Shown here: piece after piece, positions 1 to 12,821 of the stretch
Layout of the letters: each line of letters starts with the position of its first letter
Numbering within the stretch: position 1 is the stretch's first letter
NCBI RefSeq assembly: GCF_018350175.1
Contig: NC_058380.1
Coordinates: 86,304,001 to 86,368,000, forward strand
Reading direction: 5' to 3'
Length of the DNA: 64,000 nt
Source: Felis catus
Lineage: Eukaryota
The notes under the pieces: model-generated
The model's input: only the letters and a program-made list of their open reading frames with translations
Database searches by the model: none
Told to the model about the DNA's origin: nothing
Program-made: the position numbers and the translations under genes

Positions 1-570
1 AGGCCCCTCTCGAGGCTGGGAGGCCGCAGCCTTGGCCTCCTCTGCTCCCCGCTTCCTTCCTCTCCCACTTCAGCGCCTCCGGCCAGGCCCTCAGGGCCCT
101 TGAGGCCAAGACTTAGGGGCGCAGTCCAGCCGGGGGGGGCATCTGAGGCCACCACCCCCGCAGAGCACTCTCTCTCTGAGACCCTGAGGTCTCTGGCTGG
201 TCATAATGTTCCGGCACTTTGGGACAAAGCTGTTGCCTGGAGCGTCCCTAGAGACGTGAAGAGTGTGACAGCGGGACTGTCTCCTGTCTGGATCCAGTGC
301 CACACCCACCTCCCAGCCCACGCTAGCGGATGAGCACTCGTGCTCCCTGGCCCCGGAGACTCTCTCTCCTCCCCACCCCCAGGGCCCAGGCCTCCGCTGA
401 GCAGGTTCTCCCTGAGCTACCCAAAGTGTGGGCCACGGACCAGGAGCTGAGCCTCGCTGCCCAGACCAGCCCTGCTGAAGCAGGGTCAGCTTTTTAACCA
501 GACCCGGGAGATTTGCTCGCACAGGAAGCCTGGGTGCACGCAGTTCTGGTCCCCTGCCTGTTGTTGTTGT

Positions 571-740
571 TTTTAGTGTTTGTTTATTTATTTTGAGGGA
601 GAGGGAGAGAGAGAATCCCCAGCGGGCTCTGCACCTGTCAGCACAGAGCCCGACATGGGGCCCGATCTCATGAACCACGAGGTCATGACCTGAGCCAAAA
701 TCAAGAGACGCTTAACCGACTGAGCCAGCCAGGCGCCCCC
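571..740 (-). mobile_element. CAN-SINE (SINEC)
   Basis: Reverse complement begins ggggcgcctggctggctcagtcgg and has a CT tract and A tail. Confidence 0.9.
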
Positions 741-1074
741 ACCATCCCCTCCCCTCCCCTCCCCTCCCCGGGTTTAAAGTCCTTCCTGGGCCTCATCCCT
801 TAGGTGTTCTCGTCTCTGAGGCTGAGCCTGAATCTATGATGCCTTTACAACTAACTTCCAGCTTCCAAGAAATTTAGGGGATGGAGGAGAAGGTGGGACG
901 ACACCAGAAGGAAGCAAAGGGTGAATCTGGAAGGAGTTTTCTGCAGGACAACTGGTCCCGCCACAGGCCTGTGTCATCACCAGAGCAGGGCCATCCTGGT
1001 TAACAGAGGCCTGACCAATATTGCACCCGACTCCGGCGTGGGGTCCTGGGTTGCACCCTGATTTCAACAAAGAT

Positions 1075-1360
1075 GCGTTTTGGGGACCTTTGGGGCAAGT
1101 TGCATGTGGACTCTTATATATTATGATATTAGTGTTAACTTAGTGTTATTGAAGCTCTGAGTTGTGGTTAGGTAGGAAGATGTCCTTGCTTTTTAGAGTC
1201 ATACTTCAGGGGTGGAATTTTTCTCATTTGTAATTTACTGTAAATACGTTGTCAAAAGTAAAACAGTAATGAGGAAATATAGGGAAATGATAACAATTAC
1301 TGTACGTTGGTGTTCACTGTATTATTTCCTCCAATTTTCAATTTGTTTACAATTTTTCAT
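1075..1360 (+). mobile_element. Old L1 3'-end fragment (L1MC/L1ME-like)
   Basis: AT-rich; resembles old L1 3'UTR consensus from memory. Confidence 0.45.
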
Positions 1361-1364
1361 TAAT

Positions 1365-1580
1365 GGGGCACCCGGGTGACTCAGTCGGTTGAGTGTCCGA
1401 CTTCGGCTCAGGTCATGATCTCACGGTTTGTGGGTTCGAGCCTCGCGTCGGGCTCTGTGCTGACAGCTCAGAGCCTGGAGCCTGCTTCCAATTCTGTGTC
1501 TCCCTCTCTGCCCCTCTCCTGCTCACGCTCTCTCTCTCTCTCAGAAATAAACATTGAAAACAAAACAAAACAAAACAAAA
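1365..1580 (+). mobile_element. CAN-SINE (SINEC_Fc-like)
   Basis: tRNA-derived head, (CT)n, AATAAA and (A4C)n tail. Confidence 0.92.
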
Positions 1581-2602
1581 ATCCTCTTTCTGAGACTCCC
1601 ACTGCCCCTAGAGAGACTAGATGCTTGGGTCGGCATTCAAGGCCCTGCAAATCTGGCCCCTCCGGGCTTGTCTCTTGTTACTGTACCCCCTTCTCGCCCG
1701 TATTCCATCCAACAGGCCTCTGTGACTCGGCAGAGCTGTTCCCTCTACCCTTCCGTGCCCTTACAGTGAAGAGGGCTCCTAGGAATGTTCAAGGCCCCAC
1801 TCCAGAGCTCCAGCTCAAGGAACCCGCTGCCACCAGGGGACCCCTGTGCACTCAGCTACTGAAAACTGATCTCAGTTTCGTGAGCACGGGCCCCCTCCTG
1901 GCGCTGGAGGTCGGGGGGGGGGGGGGGGGAGGGAGGGGGTGGCACATCCCAGCAGGTGGCGGCTTATGAGCCTGTCTTGCCAGCACGGCCCGGTGCTCTG
2001 GAAAACACGCACAGAGGACACCCTCAAAAGGAGTGTCTGTGGTAGCAGGGACCGGGGGATGGTCACTGGAGCTTTTACATTTCCGTGTTTTTTCAAGCCG
2101 CTTCTTGTTCTAAGCGCATAAAGTGATTCTGCGGTGAACAGTAGCTGGGGTCAGCCTAGATTGTCATTCACCTGGGACACACCTGGAGTGACGGTGCAGT
2201 AACTAGAAAAAAACACAGATGACGAAGATGACGAAGGTGATCTCCGTAGCGCCTCGTCCTCTTTGGCGTGTTTTTCACAGCTCGTTTTCGGCGTGTTTTC
2301 TCCGCGTCTCTTCCCCGCTGATCCCCGCAGCCCTGCGCTAGGTGCGTGTGCGCGTGTTAGCCCGCTTGGACGGATGTGCCCGCTGCCGGAGGTGGAAGGT
2401 CACAGAGAGATCGAGGCCCCCCCCCCGCACACCCCAGCTGGCACGGGGAACAGAGGCCAGCAGCAGAGACCTGCCCTCCCGCACCCACCCGGGGCCAGAA
2501 GGCTCATCCCCCCACGACGCCTGCCTTCTCCTACCTCCCCTGTGCTGGCTTTACTTGTGCTGTTATTCTTTCAATAGACTCACCTTTCGTAACTTAAATA
2601 TG

Positions 2603-2608
2603 TTTATT
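2603..2608 (-). terminator. AK1 distal polyadenylation signal (AATAAA)
   Basis: TTTATT on the plus strand, about 1.2 kb past the stop, in an AT-rich patch. Confidence 0.65.
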
Positions 2609-3637
2609 TTAAAGGAAAGTTTAAATAACTAATGCAGAAGGGAGACCAGCCACGCTTGCCGTAAATAAAAGGGGACACACCTTGGGCCCCATCAGCCCCA
2701 CGTCGCGTTTCGGTCCAGCCAGGTGTGGCCCGCTGAAGGTTCTCTTGGCTCTAAAGGGAGTCGGCGGGGACTAGGACGGGTGTTAAGGACACGTGAGCAC
2801 CAAGTTGAGCCTTCCTCGGTGAGGAGGTCACAGAGTGAAAGAACAGAAAAGGGAAGGTGCTTCTCCCCCAGGGATTTCTGGGGCGTCCCCGAAGCACCCC
2901 AGCCCTGCACCATCCCCAAGGCCGCTCTGGTCTCGGCTCCCGCAGGCTCCGGTGACTCCCTCCCACACCCCCGTTCAGCGTGTTCTCGTCCTACCCTTGG
3001 GAGGGGAGGGGTGCAGGGGGCACGGACCCTAACTCAGATTTGGAAACGGGCTCAGAAAGGGCAGGCTGTGACCCGTCCGGGGAGGCACCGGTGGGAGGCC
3101 CTTCGTGTCTCGCCTCCTCAGGGAGGTGTCGCGGACCTTTCCATCTCGATGTCCTTTCCGGACGCTCAGAACTTCTTACACGCAGGAGGCCAATTACTGC
3201 CCCCCCAGCCAGCTGACATGTGCCACCCCCACTGCCCAGGAAGCCCCCCACAGCCTATAACCTCACTGCCTACTGCACACAGGCCCCAGTGGGGTTCAGC
3301 ATAGAAAACATGCTCAGAGACATGAGGGGTCAGGGCCAAGGCCGCACAGCAAGGGTTCAGAGGAACGCAGGCCAAGGCCCAGCTCTGCCTGACCACAAGT
3401 CCCTGAGAGCAAGGACCCTGCCTCAGTCACCCGGGACCCCCAGACCCAGCATGCCCTGGGTGAGGAAGGGCCCTGGGTCTTCCTTCCCCTGGTACTAGGG
3501 GAGGGCAGCTGGCAGAGGCGGGGTGAGGGGCTTGAGGAGGACTGGGAGGGTGAGGGGCTGCTGGAGGCCACATCACGTGGATCAACTCCAGTGAAAGCAA
3601 AGAAAAAGGAATAAAACCGAATGTCCTTGGAAATTCC

Positions 3638-3643
3638 TTTAGT
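3638..3643 (-). terminator. AK1 proximal variant polyadenylation signal (ACTAAA)
   Basis: TTTAGT on the plus strand, followed on the minus strand by a U-rich tract (ggttttattcctttttctttgcttt). Confidence 0.5.
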
Positions 3644-3800
3644 GCTTGGCTGTCCATGAAAACAGGATAAAGTGGCTTCCTCTGTCTGTGCTCCAGCCGG
3701 GCAGGGTGGAGGCGTTGAGCTCAGGCCAGGACAGCCTCAGGTCACCACGGGGTGGGGTGGGGTGGGGGGGCGGGCAGCAGGGGAAGGGGCTCCAGTGCTG

Positions 3801-4330
<530 letters not shown>

Positions 4331-5629
4331 TCACAGGGGCCCCATTCCCGTCCCCGGGGGCCATCTCCTCCCCATCCTCCCATGCCTGAGGCCTCACCTG
4401 AGACCCACTCAGATCAGACCATCAAGCCCTTCCCCAGGGCAGCCTAAAGGACCTTCCTAAAACTACTCCTCTGCTCCAACCTCTCCCATAGCTCTCCAGT
4501 GCCCTCAGAGAGGGCCTCCCGCCTTCCTCACCTTGTGTTTCCCACTCCTTTGCTCTCCTGGCTTCAGTCACACTGATTCTCTGAAGTCTAGGCTCTCGTC
4601 AACCTCCTCCCAAGCCAGGCCTTCGCTCATGCCAAGAATCCTCATCCTCAATCCCAAGTACTTGCCTTCAGATTTGAGCTAAAATCTCATTCCTCTGGGG
4701 CAGTCTGCCCAGATGCAACCCACGCCCCCCCCACCCCGCCCACCGTCCCCAGCCCTCTGGGGCACACTCTTGAGTCCCCTTGACTTCTCTGCCCAGAATG
4801 TCTCAGGAGGCCTCTGGTGATTCACTTAGTGTCCCTCTCCCCTGCCAGTCCAGGAGCCCCTAAGGACATCAAGGCATCTGTCTGACACAGCAGGGCTGGA
4901 CAGGACTTGACTGAGGGGTGACGGGCTGCCGAGCTCTGGGGGGTTCTGAATAACGTCACTGTTGTTGGAATAAGCCGGGAAGGGCAAGGAAGGAGGCTGA
5001 CCTGTCCTCCTTCGGTGGGGCCCTGATGCCCCCTGGTGTCCAGATCTGAGAAGACGTGTTGCCGGGACCCCTGGAGCCCATGGCAGGGCTGGGCCCTTGC
5101 GCTGAGCCCACCACCCACAGTGGCGCCCCCAACAGCCCCAGGAAGGAAGGAGACTTTTAGTAATCTCATTTTCTAGATGTGGCCCTGAGGGTCAGAGGTG
5201 ACGTCACACAGCTGGTATGGGTGGGTCATGACAGGACGTGCCTTGAGGTTGCCTAGCACCTGACCACAGGGTCCATGGCCTCCCAGTCTGAAGGAAGCCC
5301 AGCCCGCTTCCATTTCAAAGACAGGGCAACCGAGGCCCAGAGCAGGGTAGACACTTTCTTGAGGTCCTGTGGGCACTTCAAGGTCAGGAAATCCAATCTC
5401 CTTCCACTGGAGGAGGCTCAAAGTTATGGAAGCCCAAAGGTGGCCCCAGCCTCACAGGCTTGGGAAGTGGGGGTTGGGGGGTCTGGTCCTGCCCCAGCCT
5501 GTCGGGATGCCTGGTCCTCCCCACAAGGCCAGGGAGGAGTCCCTCTGCCAAGAAAACCTCCTTGAGCCCAGCCCCCACCCTTGCACTTGCTTGCAGCCCT
5601 GTTTCCCTAGTATGACCTGTGACACCGGA

Positions 5630-5850
5630 GGCGTGGGTATATGTGTGTGTGCCCACGTGTGTGCGCATGTGTATATCCCTGTGTATCAGTGAGCTGTGTC
5701 CATGTACGTACATGTATGTGCGTGCATGTGCATTGCCAGACGTGTGTGCACACGTATGCGTGCCTGTGTGCATGTGTGTATGTGCCTGTGGCTTTGTGCT
5801 GTGTATGTGCACGCACACGTGTGTGTGCTTGGGGCCTGTGTGCGTATGTC
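5630..5850. repeat. Degenerate alternating purine-pyrimidine (TG/CA/TA) tract in AK1 intron 5
   Basis: gtgtgtgcccacgtgtgtgcgcatgtgtat... over about 220 bp. Confidence 0.9.
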
Positions 5851-6243
5851 TGGGAGAGGTGCCCCCACCCTGTTTTCCTGGTGGGAAGCTGTTCAGGCAA
5901 CTCGGGGCCGTCATCCTCAAGGCCTACTTTTTCTAGGCCTTTCACAGACTCCCCGCAGCCCACGGAAGGAGACTGGACCCCCCTCCCTGGCACTGGAGGC
6001 CTCCAGCCAGGCCTGAATCGCCTCTCCCACATCATCCTGGTTGCCCTGCCCCATACATTCTCTTCTCCCCACGCCAGCCGGAGCCTTCCGGCCCTGTCCC
6101 TCCCACTCCCTGGCCCTCTGTGTTTGTGAGGTGCCAAGCCCCACTTTTGGAGGGTACATTCTCTCTAATCTCCATTCTGCTCCTTAAGGCAGCTGCCAAC
6201 TGTGTCTTCCCATTTTGCAAATGGGGGGGGACACTGAGGGTCA

Positions 6244-6666
<423 letters not shown>

Positions 6667-6785
6667 TCATGAGCCCCTCTCCCTCCGCCTTCTTCTAGGC
6701 CTCTGCCCTAATAAAGAAGTTCCAAACAAGCCTCTCTCTCCAGGAAGCTTCCTTTGAATGTGAAGGCTTGACTGGCTGATTAAAT

Positions 6786-7230
6786 CATTCATTCACCCAT
6801 TCATTCATTCATTCATTCAATAATATCGATGGAGCCCCTGTTCCCCGCCAGCTCCCGTCCAGGGCTCTGAGGACACCACTGTGAACAAAGCAGGCCTTTC
6901 TCAAGAAGCTCACAGTGTGGTGAGGCCGGTTCATCAATTTCCAAACATGGCACAGGTTGAATGGGCAGAGAAGGAGTGATAAAATTAGGGGGTCTGAGCC
7001 CAAATCTGTGGAGCCAGGAGGGTCTGAAAGCTGAGGAGGAAAGAACATTCCAGGCAGGAAGGAATACAATGAGTTGGACGGGACAGAAAGGCCAGGGCAG
7101 CTGGAGGGCGGAGAGCTGGGGAGAGGGGGGTTGAGTGGGTGGAGTGAGGCTAAAGGGGTCAGCAGGGCAGGGTCCTAGAGGCTCTGGGAGCTTCTAGAAG
7201 GAATTTTCTGCCGAGGGCCATGAGGACCAA
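6786..7230 (-). mobile_element. L2 3'-end relic with (CATT)n
   Basis: cattcattcattcaataat... followed by L2-like sequence. Confidence 0.55.
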
Positions 7231-7261
7231 AGCCAGGAGTGTTTGGAGCCAGGGAAGGTCA

Positions 7262-7669
<408 letters not shown>

Positions 7670-7673
7670 TCAC

Positions 7674-7709
7674 CCACCACAAAGATGATCTTGGTTTTCT
7701 TCAGCTTCT
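7674..7709 (-). CDS. AK1: AK1 exon 3 (EKLKKTKIIFVV)
   Basis: 36 nt, cacag acceptor and gtgagt donor, phase 1 at both ends. Confidence 0.95.
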
Positions 7710-7873
7710 CTGTGGGGGAGAAGAGGGGAGCAGAGTTCAGTCACTCGCTTGGCAAACAGCACCTCGGGAGGGACAGGCCTGGGCCGGGCCCTCTGAAGCC
7801 TGGAGCCTCTGAGGGGCTCGGACGCCCACCCTCGCAGCCCCTCCCTGTGGGCGGCTGGGCAACGGCGGGTCAC

Positions 7874-7928
7874 CTCTGGCCTTACAGTCTTCCGTGTTGT
7901 GGAGGTTTCTCACGCAGCAGGCCCCCAT
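7874..7928 (-). CDS. AK1: Alternative first coding exon of AK1 (AK1-beta type; MGACCVRNLHNTEDCKAR), giving a 210-aa isoform
   Basis: Strong Kozak (aaccATGG), 55 nt, AG|GTGACC donor in phase 1, in frame with exon 3. Resembles the MGCC- N-terminus of mouse AK1-beta as I recall it. Confidence 0.75.
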
Positions 7929-9063
7929 GGTTCCCGTTCTGCTGTGTCCCCTACCCTTTCCCTCCCAGACCCCGGGCCTGCCCATGGCCCGCCTTCCCTG
8001 GGCGGTACAAACGTGGAGTCGGCAACCACAACATACGTTGCCCCGGAGACGGTTGCCAGGGAAGCCGGCTGCGGTGGGCACAAAGAACCCCTGCCCAGAG
8101 TGGGAGGTGCGCGGATGCTCCCGCCTCAGCCCCGCCCTTAGAACTCAGCAGGACCACAGCCTCACCAGACGGAGGGAAACTGAGGCCTGCTCCAAGGGCG
8201 CCAGACCCAGAACCGGAAGCTGGGCCCTCTTCCCAGGCGGCCCGGCCTTCCCCTCTTCTCGGGGGAGAAGAAGGTCCTCACTGCGTAACCTTAGGAAAGG
8301 AGTCCCCGGCCCTCTCTGGCTCTCTGCCCCTCCCCACTGACGAAGGCCTGGCAGCTCCCAGGTTAAGGGCTCCCATCAGCTGCCTGCCGTGGGCCGGCTA
8401 CCACCTGGAGGTGGGGGAGGCCACAGCCCGGCGGCAGCTGCTGTTCCGAGCCCGAGGGGTGGCAGGGTGACCGCCGGCTCGGGCGGCAGCAGCGGGCTCC
8501 TTTAAGGGCCACCCAGGCTGAGGCACAACGCGAAGGATGGGGCCGTGATGCCGCCAGGAGGCGGGCCTGCCAGGCTCCCTGCTGGCCCCACGTCTCCCTC
8601 CAGGTCCCAGCCCATAGCAGCCAGGAGGGCCCCAGACATCCTCAAGACCCACCCTCTCTGGACAACGGGGAGACTGAGTCCCACAGAGGCGTTGGGCGCT
8701 GCCTCGTCCTTGTTAGGCTTGGCATTTACACACCTGGGGCCTCTCCCCAGGGCTAGCCTCCCCTTGCTAGCGCCCACCCTTTCTAGAAAGAGGCAGGGAT
8801 TCAGCTCTATAAATACCAGTGTAGGAGGTGAGCTGTGGGGCCCTCAGGAGCCTCAAGGAGGCCTCATCGCTTCTGAAATTAATCCTGGAGCTGGCGCATC
8901 CCGTGAGATGCCTGAGGAGGATGTCGGAGGCTCCCAGACGGGCCCCTCTGGCAGCCCCAGAACCTCCCCCAACCCTTCCCAGAATGCCTCCTGAAAGCAC
9001 GCCCCCTTAACAGATGGGCACACCGAGGCCCAGGCAATGAGCAGCAAAGAAGGGACTCAGTAC

Positions 9064-9070
9064 CTTCCAT
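9064..9070 (-). CDS. AK1: AK1 exon 2 coding part (ATG GAA G); the whole exon is 9064-9102
   Basis: gcaggATGGAAG|gtactg; ttgcag acceptor ending at 9103. Confidence 0.92.
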
Positions 9071-11167
9071 CCTGCTGAGGTCTGGGGAGCCGAGTCAGCG
9101 CTCTGCAAGACAAGGGCACAGGTGGGGCCGGTGAGGGGGGCTCTCCTCCATCCTGCCTCTGCTCCTGCCCAGCCCCACGGTGTGCCCCAGGCCCTGATGC
9201 TCCCAGCGGCCCCGGGCAGCGAAGGCCCCCCGGCAGGTTGGGTGACCTCGGGAAAGTCACCTTTCCTCCGTGTGTGTCCGCTGCCTCACCTGTAACAAAA
9301 GGGCGGCAGCCCCCTCCTGTCCACCTTTTCCCCGCTGGAGGAGCCGGGTGGTGAGGGCGGGGCTGAGGGACGGAAACAGCGACATCAGCACCTGCTGGGC
9401 CGCTCCCTTTGTGAGTCCCAGAAAACAGGCGTCTGCCCAACACCTTGGTGATGCTCCCCCGGGGCCAGGAGGAAAGACTTGTGGAGGCCAGAGAGGGGGG
9501 ACTTGAGCTGCAATACATCTCACCTGGGGTGGGGTTTGGACAAGGATGCTCAAAAGGGACATCACGGAGGCCCGAGGGGGAGGCAGCTGTAGGAGCTGCT
9601 CGTGGGGGACACAGCCCTGTACAGCTGTCATGGGGGATCCCCGGCTCTCACCACCCCCCACATGGCCCCTGCCCCCTCACCCCCTCGAGGACCGTGTTCC
9701 TCAGCATGTGAGTCCACCCCGACCCCTCTGGGGACCCACTCTGCTTCAACGTCCCCTCCCACCTACAGTTACCACCTACACACCTCTGGCCTCCGTTCCC
9801 CCCCCCCCCCGCCGGCCCTCCCCAAGGCTACCAGCTACCATCACAGCCACTCTTGCCTTGACCTTTGACACCCGCCACAGCATTCCTCCCGCCTGGCATG
9901 CCCGCAACCCCAGGCCCTTTACTCCTCGCTCTCACTTTGGCTTCAGGTTCCCAGGACCCCTGCCTCTGCCCAGGCAGCCCCGGCCTCCCTCCCCAGCCCT
10001 GTGAGTCTACAGCCCCTGGACAGGCCCCAAGACCTTCCCACGTCCCCAGCTCCGTGCCCTATTACCCAGCCAGAGGCCCTGTCTTCTCTCACACCCGACT
10101 TCCACCCTGCACACCCACATCCCAACCCTCTTGCTCCCAATCCTCTCTGCAGTCTGTGTCCTCAACACCACTTCCTTGTTCCAAGCAGGGCACCTGGCCA
10201 CTGCCCCAGCCTCCCGTGGGCCTCTCCATACCCCACCAGGCAGTCCGCAGGATTTTCTGTGATAAGCATCAGACCACATCGCTCACCTGCTTAAAACCCT
10301 TCCACTTGTGGCTCCTTGGCTCCCAAGATAAAGCCTGGGCCCCTAACATGGCTGACAGGGCTCAGTGACCTGCCCCCCCCCCCTCTCTGCAGCCTTCACA
10401 GCCACCGCTTGAACTGCTTGGAGCTTCCTCACCCACCATGACTGCTTCCCACCTCCAGGCCCAGCTACTGTTGCACCTGATGCCTGGATGCCTCTCCCCA
10501 GGTGCTATTGTTTAGGACCCAGTTCAGGTGTCACCTCCTTCAGGAAGTCTTCCTGGACTCCGTCCTCCGCTCCCACACTGGCAGGTGCCTCCTTGGAACG
10601 CCCCCAGCATAGCACATACCACACGGTATCGGACCTCTCTGTGGAACTGCAGGCCTGGGTGCCCCACCAGACCGGGCCTGGCCCCAGGCTGAGCATAGGG
10701 CTGGGGGCCTCACTCCACCTCCCAGCTGTCTTGGAATGGATTTGAGGCTCGGGGAGAAGGAGAAACTTGCTCCAGAGCCAGGCTGGGGTCAAACTCAGGG
10801 TTGCATTTTGTGCTGCTTTAGGCCTGGCACCCAGTAGGTCTTTCAGCAGGTTTATTGGCCGTCCTACCACTCATGGGCCATGAGTTATAGCCTTTTTCCT
10901 GCTGAGTGTGCTTAGGGAAGGGCAGACGCTGCCAATGGCCTGCAGCAGCTGGCAAGGGAGGAGGAGGGTCCCCAGGCCAGGGAGAGCCTGCAGTGACCCT
11001 GAGGAGTGGCCTCCAACCCACCTTGCCCTGCCTCTTCCCAGTAACCTAAGCCCCTCTGTCCTGCTGGCACCTGCCACTTCCTTCGTCCAAAATAACTTGA
11101 GTCGTGAGGAGGCATCACAGAGGCCAGGGGTCCAGGACGGAGTTGGGTTACAGGCTCAGCACCCAGA

Positions 11168-11177
11168 CCTTATAAGG
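11168..11177. promoter_or_regulatory. Perfect CArG box (SRF site) in AK1 intron 1
   Basis: CCTTATAAGG fits CC(A/T)6GG. Confidence 0.5.
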
Positions 11178-11905
11178 CCCCCGAGCCAGGCTGCAGCAAG
11201 TCCTCTCATGACTGGGTGGTCTGCCGAGGGGCCTGGGGAACAGGGGCCCAGGGGGGGGGACAGCGACCTAAGGGCTCATCGCTCAGCTGTGTGACCTTGG
11301 GCACCTGGGGTCCCCTCTCTGGGCCTGTATCCCCAGGCCGTGACCCGCTCCTGCTGGAGAGTCCTGAGTGGATCTCTGAGCAGTGCTCAGAAAAGGTGGC
11401 CCTAGGGCTCCCTTAGAGCCCTCACCAATCATCCGGGGGGGTTCCCGTCCCCCCCCCCCCCCCCAGCGCTCAAAATGACATGGCAGGACAGCTCCTCCAA
11501 TCACAAAGGCTGCCCCTGCCAGGTCCTCCGGGGCAGGGAGTCAGGCCACAGCCCCCTTCCCCGGGCCCCAGCTGGGACGTGCCAAGGGCAGGGACCTGGA
11601 GCCCCAGCCCCAGGAGTGCCAGCCGGGACAAAGGGGCGACTGTCTAGGAGGCTAGGAAGGACGGCAACACACATCCCCCCGCAGGGGCACACGCAGGGTG
11701 GCACAAACACCCAGAGCAGAGCCTGGGGAGAACAGACAGGCCAAAACACACACGGATCATAACCACCGACACAAACACACAGCCGCACAAACCCCAAGGA
11801 TGCCCCGACACACACAGGCTGGCGCCCCCCGGGCGCGCGCGGCTTCCCCACGCCCCGCAGAGGCGCCCCCCGCGCGCCCAGACATGCAGACGGGCACACA
11901 CTGAC

Positions 11906-11955
11906 CTGGGGGAGGGGTGCGGCGGGCGCCGGGGCCAGTGGTGCCCTGCCCGTCC
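11906..11955 (-). other. AK1: AK1 non-coding exon 1 (5' end approximate)
   Basis: CAG|GTCAGT donor at 11905; lies in a CpG island about 25-30 nt downstream of a TATA box. Confidence 0.7.
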
Positions 11956-11978
11956 TCGCCGGCCGCCCGCAAAGGCGA

Positions 11979-11990
11979 CTATTTATAAGG
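11979..11990 (-). promoter_or_regulatory. AK1 TATA box overlapping a MEF2 consensus site
   Basis: Minus strand CCTTATAAATAG; plus strand CTATTTATAA fits YTA(W)4TAR. Confidence 0.7.
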
Positions 11991-12821
11991 CTGTCAGCAG
12001 CGCGCAGCATGCCGGGAGCCAGCGCTCCGCGAGGGCAGGGAGGGGGGAAGGAGGGAGGGAGAGCGGACCGGGAGGGGGGTGGGGGGCCGGACCGGGGTGA
12101 GCCCCGATGGGAAGCCAGAGCGAGGCCGGCGCCTCCCCGCCCCGCGCATCCCCCCCGCTGGCTGTGCCTGCACACAGCACGGCACTTAACAGTTTGCAGA
12201 GGGCTTTCCGTTCCTGCCTGACCTCCCGTGTGCCCACATCTCGGCGGGGGAACAGGACCCGGCTTCCTGTAGGACAGCTGGGGAAACTGAGACCCGGAGA
12301 GAAGAGGCTCTTTGTGTAAAATCCCACAGCCAGTTGTTGGCAGAGAGAGGCCAGACCCAGCGCGGGAGGCAATCATTGCGTGGATTCTGAGGGCTTTGCG
12401 GGCCAGAACAGTCCTCCCCACCCCCAAGGACCTGCCCTCCTCAGATCCTGCTCAGGGACCCCTGGGCCAAGACCCACCTGGAACTCCCTGCCCCCCTCCG
12501 TTAGAAGGGGCCCAAGAACCCCCTGGAACTCGCACTCTCTCGGGACCCCCCAAAGACCATCCATGTACCCATTTCCCAGCTAGTGGTTGTGTAGATTATA
12601 TATATCAGCTCTGCCTCCGCCAAACTGCCAGGCAGCTCCCGTGAGGTGAGCGCGAGAATGTGGGACATTCAGAATGCTGAATGGGACGTGGGCACCCAGA
12701 TGGGGGACTGCCAATCCTGACAAAAAGGACAGTTCCCATTAACGAGCACTCACTGAGTCAGGCGCTGGGCAGAGCGCTGGGGCTCAGACGGGGTTCGTGA
12801 ATCCTTAAGCACGGAGGAAAG

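Larger units (their letters stand above)
11750..12260. promoter_or_regulatory. AK1 promoter CpG island
   Basis: Very GC-rich, CpG-dense stretch around exon 1. Confidence 0.8.

Noticed and set aside
1-1070. Possible upstream regulatory region of ENG, expected to the left by synteny
   Set aside because: No ENG exon is visible, and the scattered GGAA motifs are not specific enough.
1913-1940. Long G and C homopolymer runs (also near 9798, 19404 and 58927) as G-quadruplex elements
   Set aside because: Common in this GC-rich region and prone to sequencing error; no specific functional link.
1376-1969. Recurring peptides such as AQSVECPTSAQVMISR and GAEREGDTESEAGSRL
   Set aside because: Translations of CAN-SINE copies, not a gene family.
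5384-6137. His/Thr-rich and Cys/Val-rich ORFs
   Set aside because: Artefacts of the TG/CA low-complexity tract.
8405-8510. Possible extra AK1 first exon (TTAAA-like box at about 8501, CAG|GTGGTA donor at 8404)
   Set aside because: Weak motifs and no ATG; cannot be supported without transcript data.
7900-9000. p53 response element for the AK1-beta-type promoter (the mouse isoform is p53-inducible)
   Set aside because: I could not find a convincing pair of RRRCWWGYYY half-sites by eye. A PWM scan is needed.
11501-12427. 308-aa ORF over the AK1 promoter, and similar long ORFs at 7592-8470, 26132-27150, 33866-34609 and 50360-51346
   Set aside because: Pro/Gly/Arg-rich translations of GC-rich, CpG-island or repeat sequence with no recognisable domain. 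Stop codons are simply rare at this GC content.
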